DNA of 64,000 nucleotides. Source: an uncultured archaeon. Lineage in GTDB: Archaea > Micrarchaeota > Micrarchaeia > Micrarchaeales > CABMGC01. Positions 17,797-27,053 of this stretch are shown piece by piece (positions within the stretch are counted from its first letter, which is position 1; each line of letters begins with the position of its first letter). Under the pieces are notes generated by a model. That model worked only from the letters and a program-made list of their open reading frames with translations, had not been told where the DNA came from and did not search any database. The stretch spans positions 288,001 to 352,000 of the forward strand of contig CAWBCT010000005.1 of NCBI GenBank assembly GCA_963787445.1. Reading direction: 5' to 3'. The position numbers and the translations under genes are program-made.

Positions 17797-18213
17797 ATGG
17801 CAATAAAAGTAAAACACGTAATGATGGTCCTGGCGGTGCTGGGGCTGCTGGTCTCAGTCTACCTCACGCTCTACCACTACGCGGGAATACCTCTGCTCTG
17901 CTCGGAGAGCGGGATTATTAACTGCAATAACGTGCTGAACAGCTCCTACTCAATACTTTTTGGCGTGCCGATAGCCGTCTACGGGATAGTCTTCTTCGTT
18001 GTGGAGATCCTCCTGCTCCTCAAGCTCCACAGCAGGCTGAAGGACAAGGACCTGATTGTCATATACAACACGCTCGGCATAGCCTTCGTGGTCTATTTCG
18101 TCTACACCGAGTACGTCATAGGCAACGTCTGCATCTTCTGCACAGCAGTTCACGTGATAACGGTAGCCCTGTTCATCCTCTCATTCTTCGAGAACGAGCG
18201 GATCCTGCTATAG
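17797..18213 (+). CDS. Vitamin K epoxide reductase (VKOR) family protein
   Basis: C-x7-C loop (LCSESGIINC), VLNSSYSILFGVP, CIFC active site. Confidence 0.9.
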   Translation: MAIKVKHVMMVLAVLGLLVSVYLTLYHYAGIPLLCSESGIINCNNVLNSSYSILFGVPIAVYGIVFFVVEILLLLKLHSRLKDKDLIVIYNTLGIAFVVYFVYTEYVIGNVCIFCTAVHVITVALFILSFFENERILL

Positions 18214-19758
18214 GGTGTGCTGGCTGTTGGAGGCGGGGACGGGATTCTTCAGTGCAAGCGCCCGGTTTGCGGAGCGTATCAGCTCCATCATCCTGAGCTC
18301 CCTGGTGCGCGAGATCTGCAGGTACACCTCATCCTTCGTGTTCCTCGCAATCAGTATGTAAACATCACCGTCCCGGAAGCGGCCTGTTCGCCCCTTTCTC
18401 TGTATGTTGCGTATCTCGTTCGGGATGGGCTCGTAGAAGATGACCGCGTCGACGCTGGGAATGTCAAGGCCCTCTTCGGCTATGGAGCTGGCAATGAGTA
18501 CATCGAAAACTCGGTTGCGAAAATCTGTTATTATTCCTTTCTGGATCTCCTGGGTTACACCTTCTCCCTTCCCTATGAACGGCCTTGCCCTGAAGCCGTT
18601 GTTTGAGATGAACTCGGTCAGCATCTTCACCGTGGAGCGGTACTGCGCGAAGACTATCACGCTCTTGCCGCGATACTGGCGGAGCGTGTCCAGCACTGCA
18701 AAGACCTTCGAGTGCTCCTCACCGCGTTCAATCGCAGCCTTCGCCAGGGCGCGCGCCTTGACTAGGTTGGGGGTCTTGAGCAGGTTCTCGATGCCGCGGC
18801 TCTTCTTCTCCCTCTTCTCAAGGCCGTCGAAGTAGAGCGAGAACGGGTAGATGCCCTCGCTGCGAAGCAGGTCGTAGGCGTGCGTCAGGTTAAGCAGGCG
18901 GGTGTAGCTGAACATCGCGCCGTAGCGGTAGTTTATGTCGCGTATCTTGCATATCTGGTCGCCCGCCTGGAGTATCCGGCCTTTCGGTATGGTGTCAAAG
19001 TTCCTGAAGCGGAGCAGTCCTACCTTGTTCAGGCTCCTCAGGCTCTGCTCTGCCTCCGGCGCCAGAAGGGCTGAGATCTCGCGTATGCTGTCGTTAAGGT
19101 CCACGTAGGCGGTGTGGATGTTGTGCGCCATCACGTACGGAGCAACGTCAGGGTCGCTGGAGATCTTCACCTCGATGTAGCGGATGTTCAAAGAGGCCAC
19201 CAGCGCGTCTATTCTCTCCTTCTTGCTGCCGGGAGAGGCAGTAAGGCCGACTATCTGCACACTGCGCAGGGTGCACTCATTTGCTATGTAAGTATAAGCA
19301 TAGCGCCCTACTGCGCGGTGGCACTCGTCAAATATCACGCAGCCGAACTCCTCAAGCGAGACGGTCGCGTCTTTGAGGTCGTTTGCGAACGTCTGCGGCG
19401 TTGCTATGATGACTTTCGCGTTCTTTTCAAGCTCCTCGCGCTTCTTCTTGTTTACGCTGCCTATCAGAAGTAGCAGTTCCTCGGGCTTTATCTTCAAAAG
19501 TTTCGTAAAGGTAGTGTGATGCTGCTCTGCAAGGGGCTTGGTTGGCGCAAGGAAGAGCACCTTCTTCCCTTTTGAGAGCGTGATGGAGGCCATGATTGCT
19601 GCAATCATCGTTTTTCCAAGACCAGTTGGAAGCACGACGAGCGTGTTGCCGTGCGCGAGTATGGAGTTCACTATGTTCAGCTGGTAGATTCTGAGTTCTA
19701 TTCCCTTTGAATCAAGATAATGCGAGGCTGCACCAATTTTGCCCCATTCGTCGCCCAT
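18208..19758 (-). CDS. Hef/FANCM-like SF2 helicase (no C-terminal nuclease)
   Basis: LPTGLGKT, DECHRA, GLTASPG, EEGLDIP, QRKGRTGR. Confidence 0.9.
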   Translation of the reverse strand: MGDEWGKIGAASHYLDSKGIELRIYQLNIVNSILAHGNTLVVLPTGLGKTMIAAIMASITLSKGKKVLFLAPTKPLAEQHHTTFTKLLKIKPEELLLLIGSVNKKKREELEKNAKVIIATPQTFANDLKDATVSLEEFGCVIFDECHRAVGRYAYTYIANECTLRSVQIVGLTASPGSKKERIDALVASLNIRYIEVKISSDPDVAPYVMAHNIHTAYVDLNDSIREISALLAPEAEQSLRSLNKVGLLRFRNFDTIPKGRILQAGDQICKIRDINYRYGAMFSYTRLLNLTHAYDLLRSEGIYPFSLYFDGLEKREKKSRGIENLLKTPNLVKARALAKAAIERGEEHSKVFAVLDTLRQYRGKSVIVFAQYRSTVKMLTEFISNNGFRARPFIGKGEGVTQEIQKGIITDFRNRVFDVLIASSIAEEGLDIPSVDAVIFYEPIPNEIRNIQRKGRTGRFRDGDVYILIARNTKDEVYLQISRTRELRMMELIRSANRALALKNPVPASNSQHTL

Positions 19759-19832
19759 GCAACCACACAGCTTTTAATATTATAGAACATATACATTAAA
19801 GCCTAAATAGTTTAGATGGTAGGCACTATTGC

Positions 19833-19906
19833 GCCGCTGTAACTCAGCCCGGGAGAGTGTCCGGCTGAAGACCGGACTGTCGTCGGTTCAAATCCGACCA
19901 GCGGCA
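19833..19906 (+). tRNA. tRNA-Phe(GAA)
   Basis: GCCGCTG...TCCGG CTGAAGA CCGGA...GTCGG TTCAAAT CCGAC CAGCGGC A. Confidence 0.95.
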
Positions 19907-19923
19907 ATTATTTTATCTGCCCT

Positions 19924-20625
19924 TTACGTTGGCGTGTACGCAAAGGTTACCTGGACGGTTTCGGTAAGGGACTGCTTGCCTGAGAAGAACAGCGGGCTTG
20001 CCGATACCGCCGCAGAGGCGTAGTTGTTTATCCCTACCGGGTAGAAGATGCCGGAACTTACGGTTACGCCGGTTACCTTGAGCGTTGCGTTGTTCGTGAG
20101 CGCCTTGGCCTGGGCGGTCGCATTCTGCATCGCCAGCTGCAGCGCGGTGTTTGTCGCAGCGATTCTCTGAGCGGTGGAAAGCTGCGCGCTTGCGCCCGAC
20201 ACAAAGACGTTGTTGTACACGGCCAGCGCCTGCAGCAGCGGCGTGATCGAGCTTGCGCTGTTCAGGTTAACGGAGACGTACTCGCTTGCGCGGTAGAGGC
20301 TGCTGTTGTAGGCCTTCCAGAGCGAGTAGGACTGGGTGTTTATGCTGCTCGCGTTGGTGTACTGGATGAGGGTGTTGTTGACCTGCGCCAGTGTGGTTCC
20401 CAGGTTGCTGGTCGCCAGCGCTGCGGTGATGCCTGTCGCATTTATGTAGAGGGTTACGGTGCCGGCCTGCGGGGCGAGGCTTGAGCTTCCGGAGGCGCTT
20501 ACCATAAGCGTGGCCTGGTTGCTTGGGAGTATGCCGCTCGGGTATAATATTGGAAGTATGAGGACCGAGCCCATTATCAGGATGGCGAGCACTGCAATTA
20601 GATAAACTATGTGATCAGAGCGCAT
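19924..20625 (-). CDS. SIMPL (DUF541) domain protein
   Basis: N-terminal TM, LMVSASGSSSLAP, ALQLAMQNATAQAKAL, C-terminal TVQVTF. Confidence 0.78.
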   Translation of the reverse strand: MRSDHIVYLIAVLAILIMGSVLILPILYPSGILPSNQATLMVSASGSSSLAPQAGTVTLYINATGITAALATSNLGTTLAQVNNTLIQYTNASSINTQSYSLWKAYNSSLYRASEYVSVNLNSASSITPLLQALAVYNNVFVSGASAQLSTAQRIAATNTALQLAMQNATAQAKALTNNATLKVTGVTVSSGIFYPVGINNYASAAVSASPLFFSGKQSLTETVQVTFAYTPT

Positions 20626-20731
20626 TGGATTACCGCGTATATAGTAAATGGAAAAACTTATAAGCGATGCGCAAATAACGAGAAGCCAAACCTTTATTTA
20701 TTTGCTTCTTTAATAACTACTTCAAACTCAT

Positions 20732-20804
20732 GCGAGCGTAGTCTAGTCTGGTAGGACTTTGCCTTGCCAAGGCAAGAACCCGGGTTCAAATCCCGGCACT
20801 CGCA
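20732..20804 (+). tRNA. tRNA-Gly(GCC)
   Basis: TTGCC TTGCCAA GGCAA anticodon arm; CCGGG TTCAAAT CCCGG; C6-A67 mismatch in the acceptor stem. Confidence 0.93.
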
Positions 20805-20873
20805 CCTCTTCTTCAACAGGTTCGACAGGACAAGACTTTTAAATCAGTGTGTCCTTAGAGATAATGTGAGCAT

Positions 20874-21512
20874 ATGCTGTTCTGGGATGAGACAAGGAAG
20901 GCAATAGACATTATAACGCTCAAGAACAAGAGCCCCAAGGCGCTGAGCATCGGCGATGCCCTAAAGTTCTATTATAAGGCAACGCTGATACCCCTGGTGC
21001 TGGCCATAATCCTGGGCGCGATAGTTGCGGCCGTTGGCTCCCAATTCATCTCGCCGTTCTTCTCATTCGGCATCGCTGGCGCGGCCGCGTTAGGAATCTT
21101 GTCGCCCATACTCCTGATCTGGGTGTTCCAGCCCCTGGGCGCCCTGGTATTGGCGGGGGTGTACCATCTCTTCGGAAAGCTCTTCGGCCAGTTCAAGCAG
21201 GATTACACCAAGACGTTCAATGCACTTCTTTATGTTGAGTTCGTCACAGCGCTGGTGGCCTGGATAACGGTCATACCCATACTGGGATGGATAGTCCTGA
21301 TAGTTGCGTCGGTCTGGTCGTTCGTGAGCATAATCGTGTGGATCTCCAGATTCCAGAAGATAAGCCTCCTGGCTTCCTTCCTGGTGATAATAGGGACTGT
21401 GATAGTAATAGTGATAATAGTGTTCGCCGTGGTGTTTGCGATTGCAGCGGCGGTTCCGGGCTGGTTCCTGAGCCACTTCCCCAACGCTACCATGAACAGC
21501 ACCTATGGATGA
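20874..21512 (+). CDS. Yip1-family membrane protein
   Basis: About 5 TM helices, YHLFGKLFG...YTKTF, IPILG pattern. Confidence 0.7.
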   Translation: MLFWDETRKAIDIITLKNKSPKALSIGDALKFYYKATLIPLVLAIILGAIVAAVGSQFISPFFSFGIAGAAALGILSPILLIWVFQPLGALVLAGVYHLFGKLFGQFKQDYTKTFNALLYVEFVTALVAWITVIPILGWIVLIVASVWSFVSIIVWISRFQKISLLASFLVIIGTVIVIVIIVFAVVFAIAAAVPGWFLSHFPNATMNSTYG

Positions 21513-21774
21513 CAAGGTTAAGGGCGGCAAAAATCGCCTTTACATCCCCACTCCCAACGGTGATGCAGAGCTGCTTTACGAGCTTGGCGGCGGGGTGATG
21601 CGCATCTACCACACATTTGTGCCGGAGCTGGAGCGCGGCAAGGGGCTTGCCGAAAGGCTTGCGCTGGCAGGATTTGAGCTTGCAGAGGAGAAGGGGATGA
21701 AGGTGAAGCCGGACTGTGACTACCTAAAGCGCTTCGTGGAGAAGCACAGCGAGCTCTCGGGAGCTTGCGTCTGA
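21505..21774 (+). CDS. GNAT acetyltransferase (YjdJ type)
   Basis: IYHTFVPELERGKGLA...VKPDCDY. Confidence 0.88.
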   Translation: MDDKVKGGKNRLYIPTPNGDAELLYELGGGVMRIYHTFVPELERGKGLAERLALAGFELAEEKGMKVKPDCDYLKRFVEKHSELSGACV

Positions 21775-21863
21775 TTATAGATTTATATAGTAGTACATTT
21801 CTAGTATTTCAGATACCGGCAGATGCAGGATAACTGCCCTTGCGGTACTCGTCAGTTGATCAG

Positions 21864-23126
21864 ATGGGCAAATCCAATAAACCGCTTGCGCTCGCCTCGG
21901 CTGTGCTAATCGTCGTGCTGGCAGTCATGATCTATGAAGGCGGCGGGCTGCAGACAATGGTGAGCCACGGATACACCGTAACCACCGTCAACCAGACCCA
22001 GATAGGAGGAACATCGGCTACGCAGTCCGGTGGCAAAGTTTCGGTTTCAACATACCCAGTGATAGCTGGGACCGTGTCCGGAAGCGGAACCTACGCCGCA
22101 GGAACACACCTAATCATCTCGCAGACTCCTAACCACGGGTACGTGTTCAGCAACTGGAGCTGCACCGGCCAGGGTTGCTACAGCGGGACAAACTCTTCAC
22201 AGCCGTTGACGGTAAAAGACAACATCGTTGAGGTGGCAAATTACAAGGTCACGATAACCACCGGCACCTACCAGGGTGGAGGCGTCGTCTACGGCGGCGG
22301 CAACTACAGCTACAACTCATCGGATGTGATAATTCAGGCGGTGCCGAACCCGGGCTACAGCTTTTCCAAGTGGGTATGCGTGGGCATAGACTGCTACGCC
22401 GGAACTAATTCGACCGTCTCGCTGGGAACCCAGTTCCCGGTTAGCCAGATAGCGCAGTTCGTGCAGCTGCCTCCGCCCTACAACTACACCTCGGGAGGGG
22501 TGTACTCCATCCCCCAGGGCTTCAACTACGCAAGGCTCCACCTCAACGGGAACTACAGCGAGTACGTGTGTGGCGGGGCGAGCGGCGGGCCGAAGCTAAG
22601 TCCGGGAATAAAAAGCGTCTCCTGGATCCAACTCACATCGGTGCAGGGTTACACTTCTAGCGGAGTCAACTCAAACAGCACCTGCTTCATATACACCAAC
22701 CACAACGCAACAGACGCCGCGATTGTCGGGATAGGCGTTGATGCCAAGACCTACGGGCTGTACAACTACTCAACCGCGCCAAGGGCCTCGTTCTACCTCT
22801 CGGTCAACAACTCGCTGCTTGCGGTCATCGTAAGCGGACTCTACCACCTGACCCTCTCATCGAGCAACCAGAACGCATCTGCATTCAGCTGCGGCCCTGG
22901 CCTGCCGGATGCGTGCGGGAGGGGGCTCAGCTTCCCCGCGCCAACGATAGACTACCCGCAGCAGAGCAACTGCACGATAGCCCAGATCTCGAGCAACACG
23001 AACGGCAACAAACAGAGCAGCCTGGCCGAGATGTTCGTGTGCAACCCGGCGGTCAGCGGCGAGTATTCGGTGAACCAGTCGGTGCTCTATAACGGCTCGG
23101 TAACGAGTTACGTGTTCAATAAGTAG
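21864..23126 (+). CDS. Secreted protein with two InlB-B/Listeria-Bacteroides-like repeats
   Basis: GSGTY...PNHGYVFSNWSCTGQGCYSG repeated as GGGNY...PNPGYSFSKWVCVGIDCYAG; N-terminal TM. Confidence 0.7.
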   Translation: MGKSNKPLALASAVLIVVLAVMIYEGGGLQTMVSHGYTVTTVNQTQIGGTSATQSGGKVSVSTYPVIAGTVSGSGTYAAGTHLIISQTPNHGYVFSNWSCTGQGCYSGTNSSQPLTVKDNIVEVANYKVTITTGTYQGGGVVYGGGNYSYNSSDVIIQAVPNPGYSFSKWVCVGIDCYAGTNSTVSLGTQFPVSQIAQFVQLPPPYNYTSGGVYSIPQGFNYARLHLNGNYSEYVCGGASGGPKLSPGIKSVSWIQLTSVQGYTSSGVNSNSTCFIYTNHNATDAAIVGIGVDAKTYGLYNYSTAPRASFYLSVNNSLLAVIVSGLYHLTLSSSNQNASAFSCGPGLPDACGRGLSFPAPTIDYPQQSNCTIAQISSNTNGNKQSSLAEMFVCNPAVSGEYSVNQSVLYNGSVTSYVFNK

Positions 23127-23129
23127 AAG

Positions 23130-23203
23130 TGCGTCAACCGGGATTTGAACCCGGGTTATTGCCTTGGGAAGGCAAAGTCCTAACCAGGCTAGACTATTGA
23201 CGC
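23130..23203 (-). tRNA. tRNA-Gly(CCC)
   Basis: GCGTCAA...TTGCC TTCCCAA GGCAA...CCGGG TTCAAAT CCCGG TTGACGC A. Confidence 0.95.
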
Positions 23204-23223
23204 ATTAAAATTTTGTGGGACGC

Positions 23224-23736
23224 TTACGCTTTCTTCTCATCCTTCTTGTCGAGCAGGCGCTTGCCCAGCTCGGCCCTGCCTTTCAGGTCCCGGTCAACCT
23301 TCGCGAAGTCCTCCTTGCTGAGCACCTTTCCGAGTATGTACTCGGAGTAACTGACAGAGATGTTCGAGATGTCAAGAAGCAGGGACTGCATCTCGCTTAT
23401 CTTCAGCCGGAGGTCCTTTGTGGGCTTCAGTATCTCTATGCCCGCGGGTGCGAAGTTGAAGACCACGTTCACCATCGAGCCGAAATTCTTGAAGAGCAGG
23501 GTCAGCTGCGCGCTTGAGGAGTACACCTTCTCCTTCTGGAGGAGTATGGGCTCGTCTATGGCGCCGAAGCAGTACAGCACGCCAGGAGTCTTCAGCAGTC
23601 GGTTGTCGATCAGGTCGGTGAGCAGCGGCTGCAGCTCTTCGGATGACTCGCTCTGCATGTCGAAATACATCTGCGCTAGCAGCCCGCCATCGTTTATCGT
23701 CTTCTCGGTCAGTTCCTCCACTTCGCTCTTTCCCAT
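23224..23736 (-). CDS. Hypothetical protein
   Basis: Host-like codon usage, directly downstream of hisS; NFAPAGIEILKP motif. Confidence 0.7.
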   Translation of the reverse strand: MGKSEVEELTEKTINDGGLLAQMYFDMQSESSEELQPLLTDLIDNRLLKTPGVLYCFGAIDEPILLQKEKVYSSSAQLTLLFKNFGSMVNVVFNFAPAGIEILKPTKDLRLKISEMQSLLLDISNISVSYSEYILGKVLSKEDFAKVDRDLKGRAELGKRLLDKKDEKKA

Positions 23737-23740
23737 GGTA

Positions 23741-25018
23741 TCATTCTTTTAGTTGTTTTATGCACTCTTCAATGCTAAGAAGCTTCTCGTCCCCTGTCGA
23801 CATATCGCGGAGCTTCAGCTTCTGCGCCTCCCTTTCTATGTTGCCTATTATTATCGTGTAGGGTACGCCCAAGGAGTTTGCATACTCCATCTGCTTGCCG
23901 ATGTTCCTTGAAGTGAGATTGAGGTCAACGTACATGCCCGAGTTGCGCAGCGTGTTTGCAACCTGCGTCGCGTACTCCAGGTTCTCCTTCTTGATGTAGC
24001 CCACATAGACCTTTGCGTAGCTCTTCCTGCCCGCACCCCCCTTGATCACCTCGAAGATGCGCCCTACGCCAAGGGAAGAGCCGACCGCGGGTATGTCCTT
24101 CTTCAGGTAAATCCCGATCAGCTTGTCGTAGCGGCCGCCGGACCCGATGGACGGGAGGCGCTTTCCGTTTTCATAGGCAACAAACTCCCATACCGCGCCC
24201 GTGTAGTACTCAAGTCCGCGGGCGAGTGAGAGGTCAATCGTTATCGTGCCCCTAATTCCATAGGTGCCCAGTAGGGCAAGCAGCTGCTTGAGGGACTCGG
24301 TCTCCTGCTTTGCCCCCGGCAACGAGACCAGGAGAGAGTCAAGCAGTTCGCCGTTCTCTGCCTTGTTGGTTATGAAGCCGAGCAGCCCGTCGCAATCCTT
24401 CTGCGAGACTCCGAGCTTCCTCATCTGCGCTCCGACCTCTGCGGCGCCAATCTTTGCCATCTTGTCTATGGTGCGTATGGCCACGTCATGGGAGGCCTCG
24501 GGCACATTGAACAGGTTGAGTATGGCATTGAGCAGCGGTCTGCTGTTTATCAGTATTGAATAGTTTTCTACCTTGAGCGCGTCAAGCGCAAGCGCGGTGG
24601 CAGCTATCACCTCGGCCTCGCTGGAGATCTCCGTGCTCCCGACAACATCAACGTCGGCCTGCAGGATCTCCCTGGAGCGCATCTTCTGCGGCTCGTCCAT
24701 GCGCCAGACCTTTCCAATCTGATAGCGCTTGAACGGAAGAGGAAGGTCCTTGTTCATGGCTATGTAGCGGGCAAGCGGCACGGTAAGGTCGTACCTGAGG
24801 GCATCAACGCCCCCATCTATGACATAGAGTTCCTTCTTCGACTCCTCCCCGTACGCCTTTACGTCAAGGGTCTCGAGCAGTTCTAGAGAAGGAGAGTCTA
24901 TAGGATAGAATCCAAAGCGCTTGAATATCTCCTCGATTACAGCCTTTATCTCGCTGAGCGCGATGGCATCGCTTGGCCCGTATTCGGATACGCCTCGGGG
25001 AAGAGATAGTGCCATCAA
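23741..25018 (-). CDS. hisS: Histidine--tRNA ligase
   Basis: ALRYDLTVP, ARGLEYYTG, GGRYD, anticodon-binding domain. Confidence 0.96.
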   Translation of the reverse strand: MMALSLPRGVSEYGPSDAIALSEIKAVIEEIFKRFGFYPIDSPSLELLETLDVKAYGEESKKELYVIDGGVDALRYDLTVPLARYIAMNKDLPLPFKRYQIGKVWRMDEPQKMRSREILQADVDVVGSTEISSEAEVIAATALALDALKVENYSILINSRPLLNAILNLFNVPEASHDVAIRTIDKMAKIGAAEVGAQMRKLGVSQKDCDGLLGFITNKAENGELLDSLLVSLPGAKQETESLKQLLALLGTYGIRGTITIDLSLARGLEYYTGAVWEFVAYENGKRLPSIGSGGRYDKLIGIYLKKDIPAVGSSLGVGRIFEVIKGGAGRKSYAKVYVGYIKKENLEYATQVANTLRNSGMYVDLNLTSRNIGKQMEYANSLGVPYTIIIGNIEREAQKLKLRDMSTGDEKLLSIEECIKQLKE

Positions 25019-25032
25019 ATCAGCATATTTTA

Positions 25033-25347
25033 TCAGAGATTCTTCTCAAGCCACTTTCTGAAGGTTTCCTTCGGCAATGCGCCGACGGAGGTGGACTTGA
25101 CAATACCCTTGTCAAAGAGAAGCACCGTGGGTATACTCATTATGTTGTACTTTGTGGCTATGTTTGGGGCCTCATCGGTGTTTATCTTTGCGAACTTGGC
25201 CTTTGAACCCAGGTCTTTTGCCACCTCTTCTATGGTTGGAGAGAACATTCTGCAGGGGCCGCACCAGGGCGCCCAGAAGTCAATCACTACAGGAACGGTT
25301 GATTTAAGCACTTCGCTATCAAAATTACTTTCGGTCAGCTCTATCAT
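25033..25347 (-). CDS. trxA: Thioredoxin
   Basis: DFWAPWCGPC, SIPT. Confidence 0.96.
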   Translation of the reverse strand: MIELTESNFDSEVLKSTVPVVIDFWAPWCGPCRMFSPTIEEVAKDLGSKAKFAKINTDEAPNIATKYNIMSIPTVLLFDKGIVKSTSVGALPKETFRKWLEKNL

Positions 25348-25431
25348 TAAAACACCATTGCTTTTTGGTATTTTGATTATTTATACCTTCTGATAAGTTC
25401 GAAGCAATAGTTTGTGATGTACTTTCTCCTT

Positions 25432-26172
25432 CTAAACGGCGACGCTCAATCTCTCACTTTTTCTTAGGAGTCGTGCATCTATAGCATCTTCGCTTGAATA
25501 CAAAGCACGACGGACACGCCATATAGATATGTGGAGTAATTTGGCTATCTGCTTGCGCTGCAATTTTGATCCAAGTGCTTTTATTTTTGCTTCGCGAGCT
25601 TTTCTTGCAGCCCGAACCTTTTGGAAGTAGGAGGCCGTTTTAGCCGTCACCTTTGCTCCCCTTAGGATTAGGCTAATTTGTTTGACAGATAGACCATAAC
25701 GTTTAGCCAGCTGCTTTTGTTCATAATCTGGTGCGTCTGCTAATATTCGCTCATTGCGCGCCTCTAGTTCCTCCTTCGTAGGCACTCGTCTATGTCCGTT
25801 CGCTATGGAAACCCTGCTTATCGTCTGTTGTGTTACGCCGACAGCTGCAGCTATTGTCGCTTGACCTAGTTGGTCTTTTCCGTTCCGTTTAGCAAGTTTC
25901 AATACTTCTGGCAGAGAGCCATTCACTCTAGGAAAGCCCATTCCAGAATCAATTAGTATGTTAGATATACTGCCTGTTGAGATGGCGCCGTTGAGCTCCT
26001 GATGTATCTGCTTCTCTTGATAATTCGCCTTCCTCAAACTTAGTACTATCGGAGCAAATTCAAGTGTTCTCGGAGAATAACCTTTGGCGCTTAATCTCGA
26101 TACAAGCGTGTCTACATTTGTCTTTAGGTTTGGAAGTGTTGGATGAGTAAGTCTAACCTTTGTATTTGACAT
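25432..26172 (-). CDS. Basic orphan protein with several putative HTH motifs
   Basis: QATIAAAVGVTQQTISR, QKQLAKRYGLSVKQISLIL, RKQIAKLLHISIWRVRR. Confidence 0.65.
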   Translation of the reverse strand: MSNTKVRLTHPTLPNLKTNVDTLVSRLSAKGYSPRTLEFAPIVLSLRKANYQEKQIHQELNGAISTGSISNILIDSGMGFPRVNGSLPEVLKLAKRNGKDQLGQATIAAAVGVTQQTISRVSIANGHRRVPTKEELEARNERILADAPDYEQKQLAKRYGLSVKQISLILRGAKVTAKTASYFQKVRAARKAREAKIKALGSKLQRKQIAKLLHISIWRVRRALYSSEDAIDARLLRKSERLSVAV

Positions 26173-26212
26173 AAGATAAATTGTCGTCTGGTTAGGTATA
26201 AATGCCTGCCGA

Positions 26213-26241
26213 ATTAGTGGACAATTAGCGTGTCCACTAAT
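26213..26241. promoter_or_regulatory. Perfect 11-bp inverted repeat (operator or terminator hairpin)
   Basis: ATTAGTGGACA-N7-TGTCCACTAAT between the parvulin stop and the TATA box of the HTH orphan. Confidence 0.55.
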
Positions 26242-26263
26242 CCCTCTTTTACGAGATTAATTG

Positions 26264-26539
26264 CTAGGCTAGTCGCTTTATTATATGATACCCGAACTGG
26301 GTCTTTACCAGGCCAGAGATCTCGCCGGGTTTTAGCTTAAATGAGGCCTCCTCAAAGGGCTTTACCATCATTCCGCGGCCGAAGGTTCCTAGATCACCTC
26401 CTCGTCTCCTTGATCCGTCTATGGAATACTGCTCGGCGAGCTTTGAGAAGCTCTCGCCAGCCTGCAGTTTTGCTAGGATTTCCTTCGCTAGAGACTCTTT
26501 CTCGACTAGGATGTGTGCGCAGCGAACTTGTTCTGACAA
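26264..26539 (-). CDS. Parvulin-type peptidyl-prolyl isomerase
   Basis: [25 protein letters not shown]; TTG start. Confidence 0.93.
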   Translation of the reverse strand: MSEQVRCAHILVEKESLAKEILAKLQAGESFSKLAEQYSIDGSRRRGGDLGTFGRGMMVKPFEEASFKLKPGEISGLVKTQFGYHIIKRLA

Positions 26540-26547
26540 GAGATTAC

Positions 26548-26904
26548 CTACTTGTAAATAGACTTGTAGACGTTGTTAGAGTCGTCGGTTATTACGATGC
26601 ACTCGCCTTCGCACTCTATCAGGCAGGCCTGGCAGAGTATGCACGAAGGGCCGTTGACCGCGACAGAGATGCCTCCGCTGCCGCCCTCGAACTTCTCTGC
26701 GAAGTGGTGGTGCCCGTCCTGCACGTTGGCCCACTTGGCTGTCACCTCAGGTATGTGGGAGCCCTTCCACTTGGCCTCCTCTGGAGCGACGTCCGCGTTG
26801 ACATCAGGGCTTGCCCTGTCCTTCATCTCGAATACCGCCACCGGGCAGACGTCAAAGCAGTGCGCGCATCCGGTGCACTTCGGCTTGTCAACATACACTT
26901 GCAT
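26548..26904 (-). CDS. 2[4Fe-4S] ferredoxin with long insertion
   Basis: [12 protein letters not shown] and [11 protein letters not shown]; start moved to ATG 26904. Confidence 0.85.
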   Translation of the reverse strand: MQVYVDKPKCTGCAHCFDVCPVAVFEMKDRASPDVNADVAPEEAKWKGSHIPEVTAKWANVQDGHHHFAEKFEGGSGGISVAVNGPSCILCQACLIECEGECIVITDDSNNVYKSIYK

Positions 26905-27053
26905 AATAACACCGTATAGTCGTAGAAAGATATCCACATAGCTATTTATAATATGCACTAGCGGAGTTCGGCATTACTGAAAGTTTTGGGGTTAAAATTG
27001 CCCCAGGGTCGTCCACAGTTAATATAATATATCTGGCAAAATAAAGGGAAATC

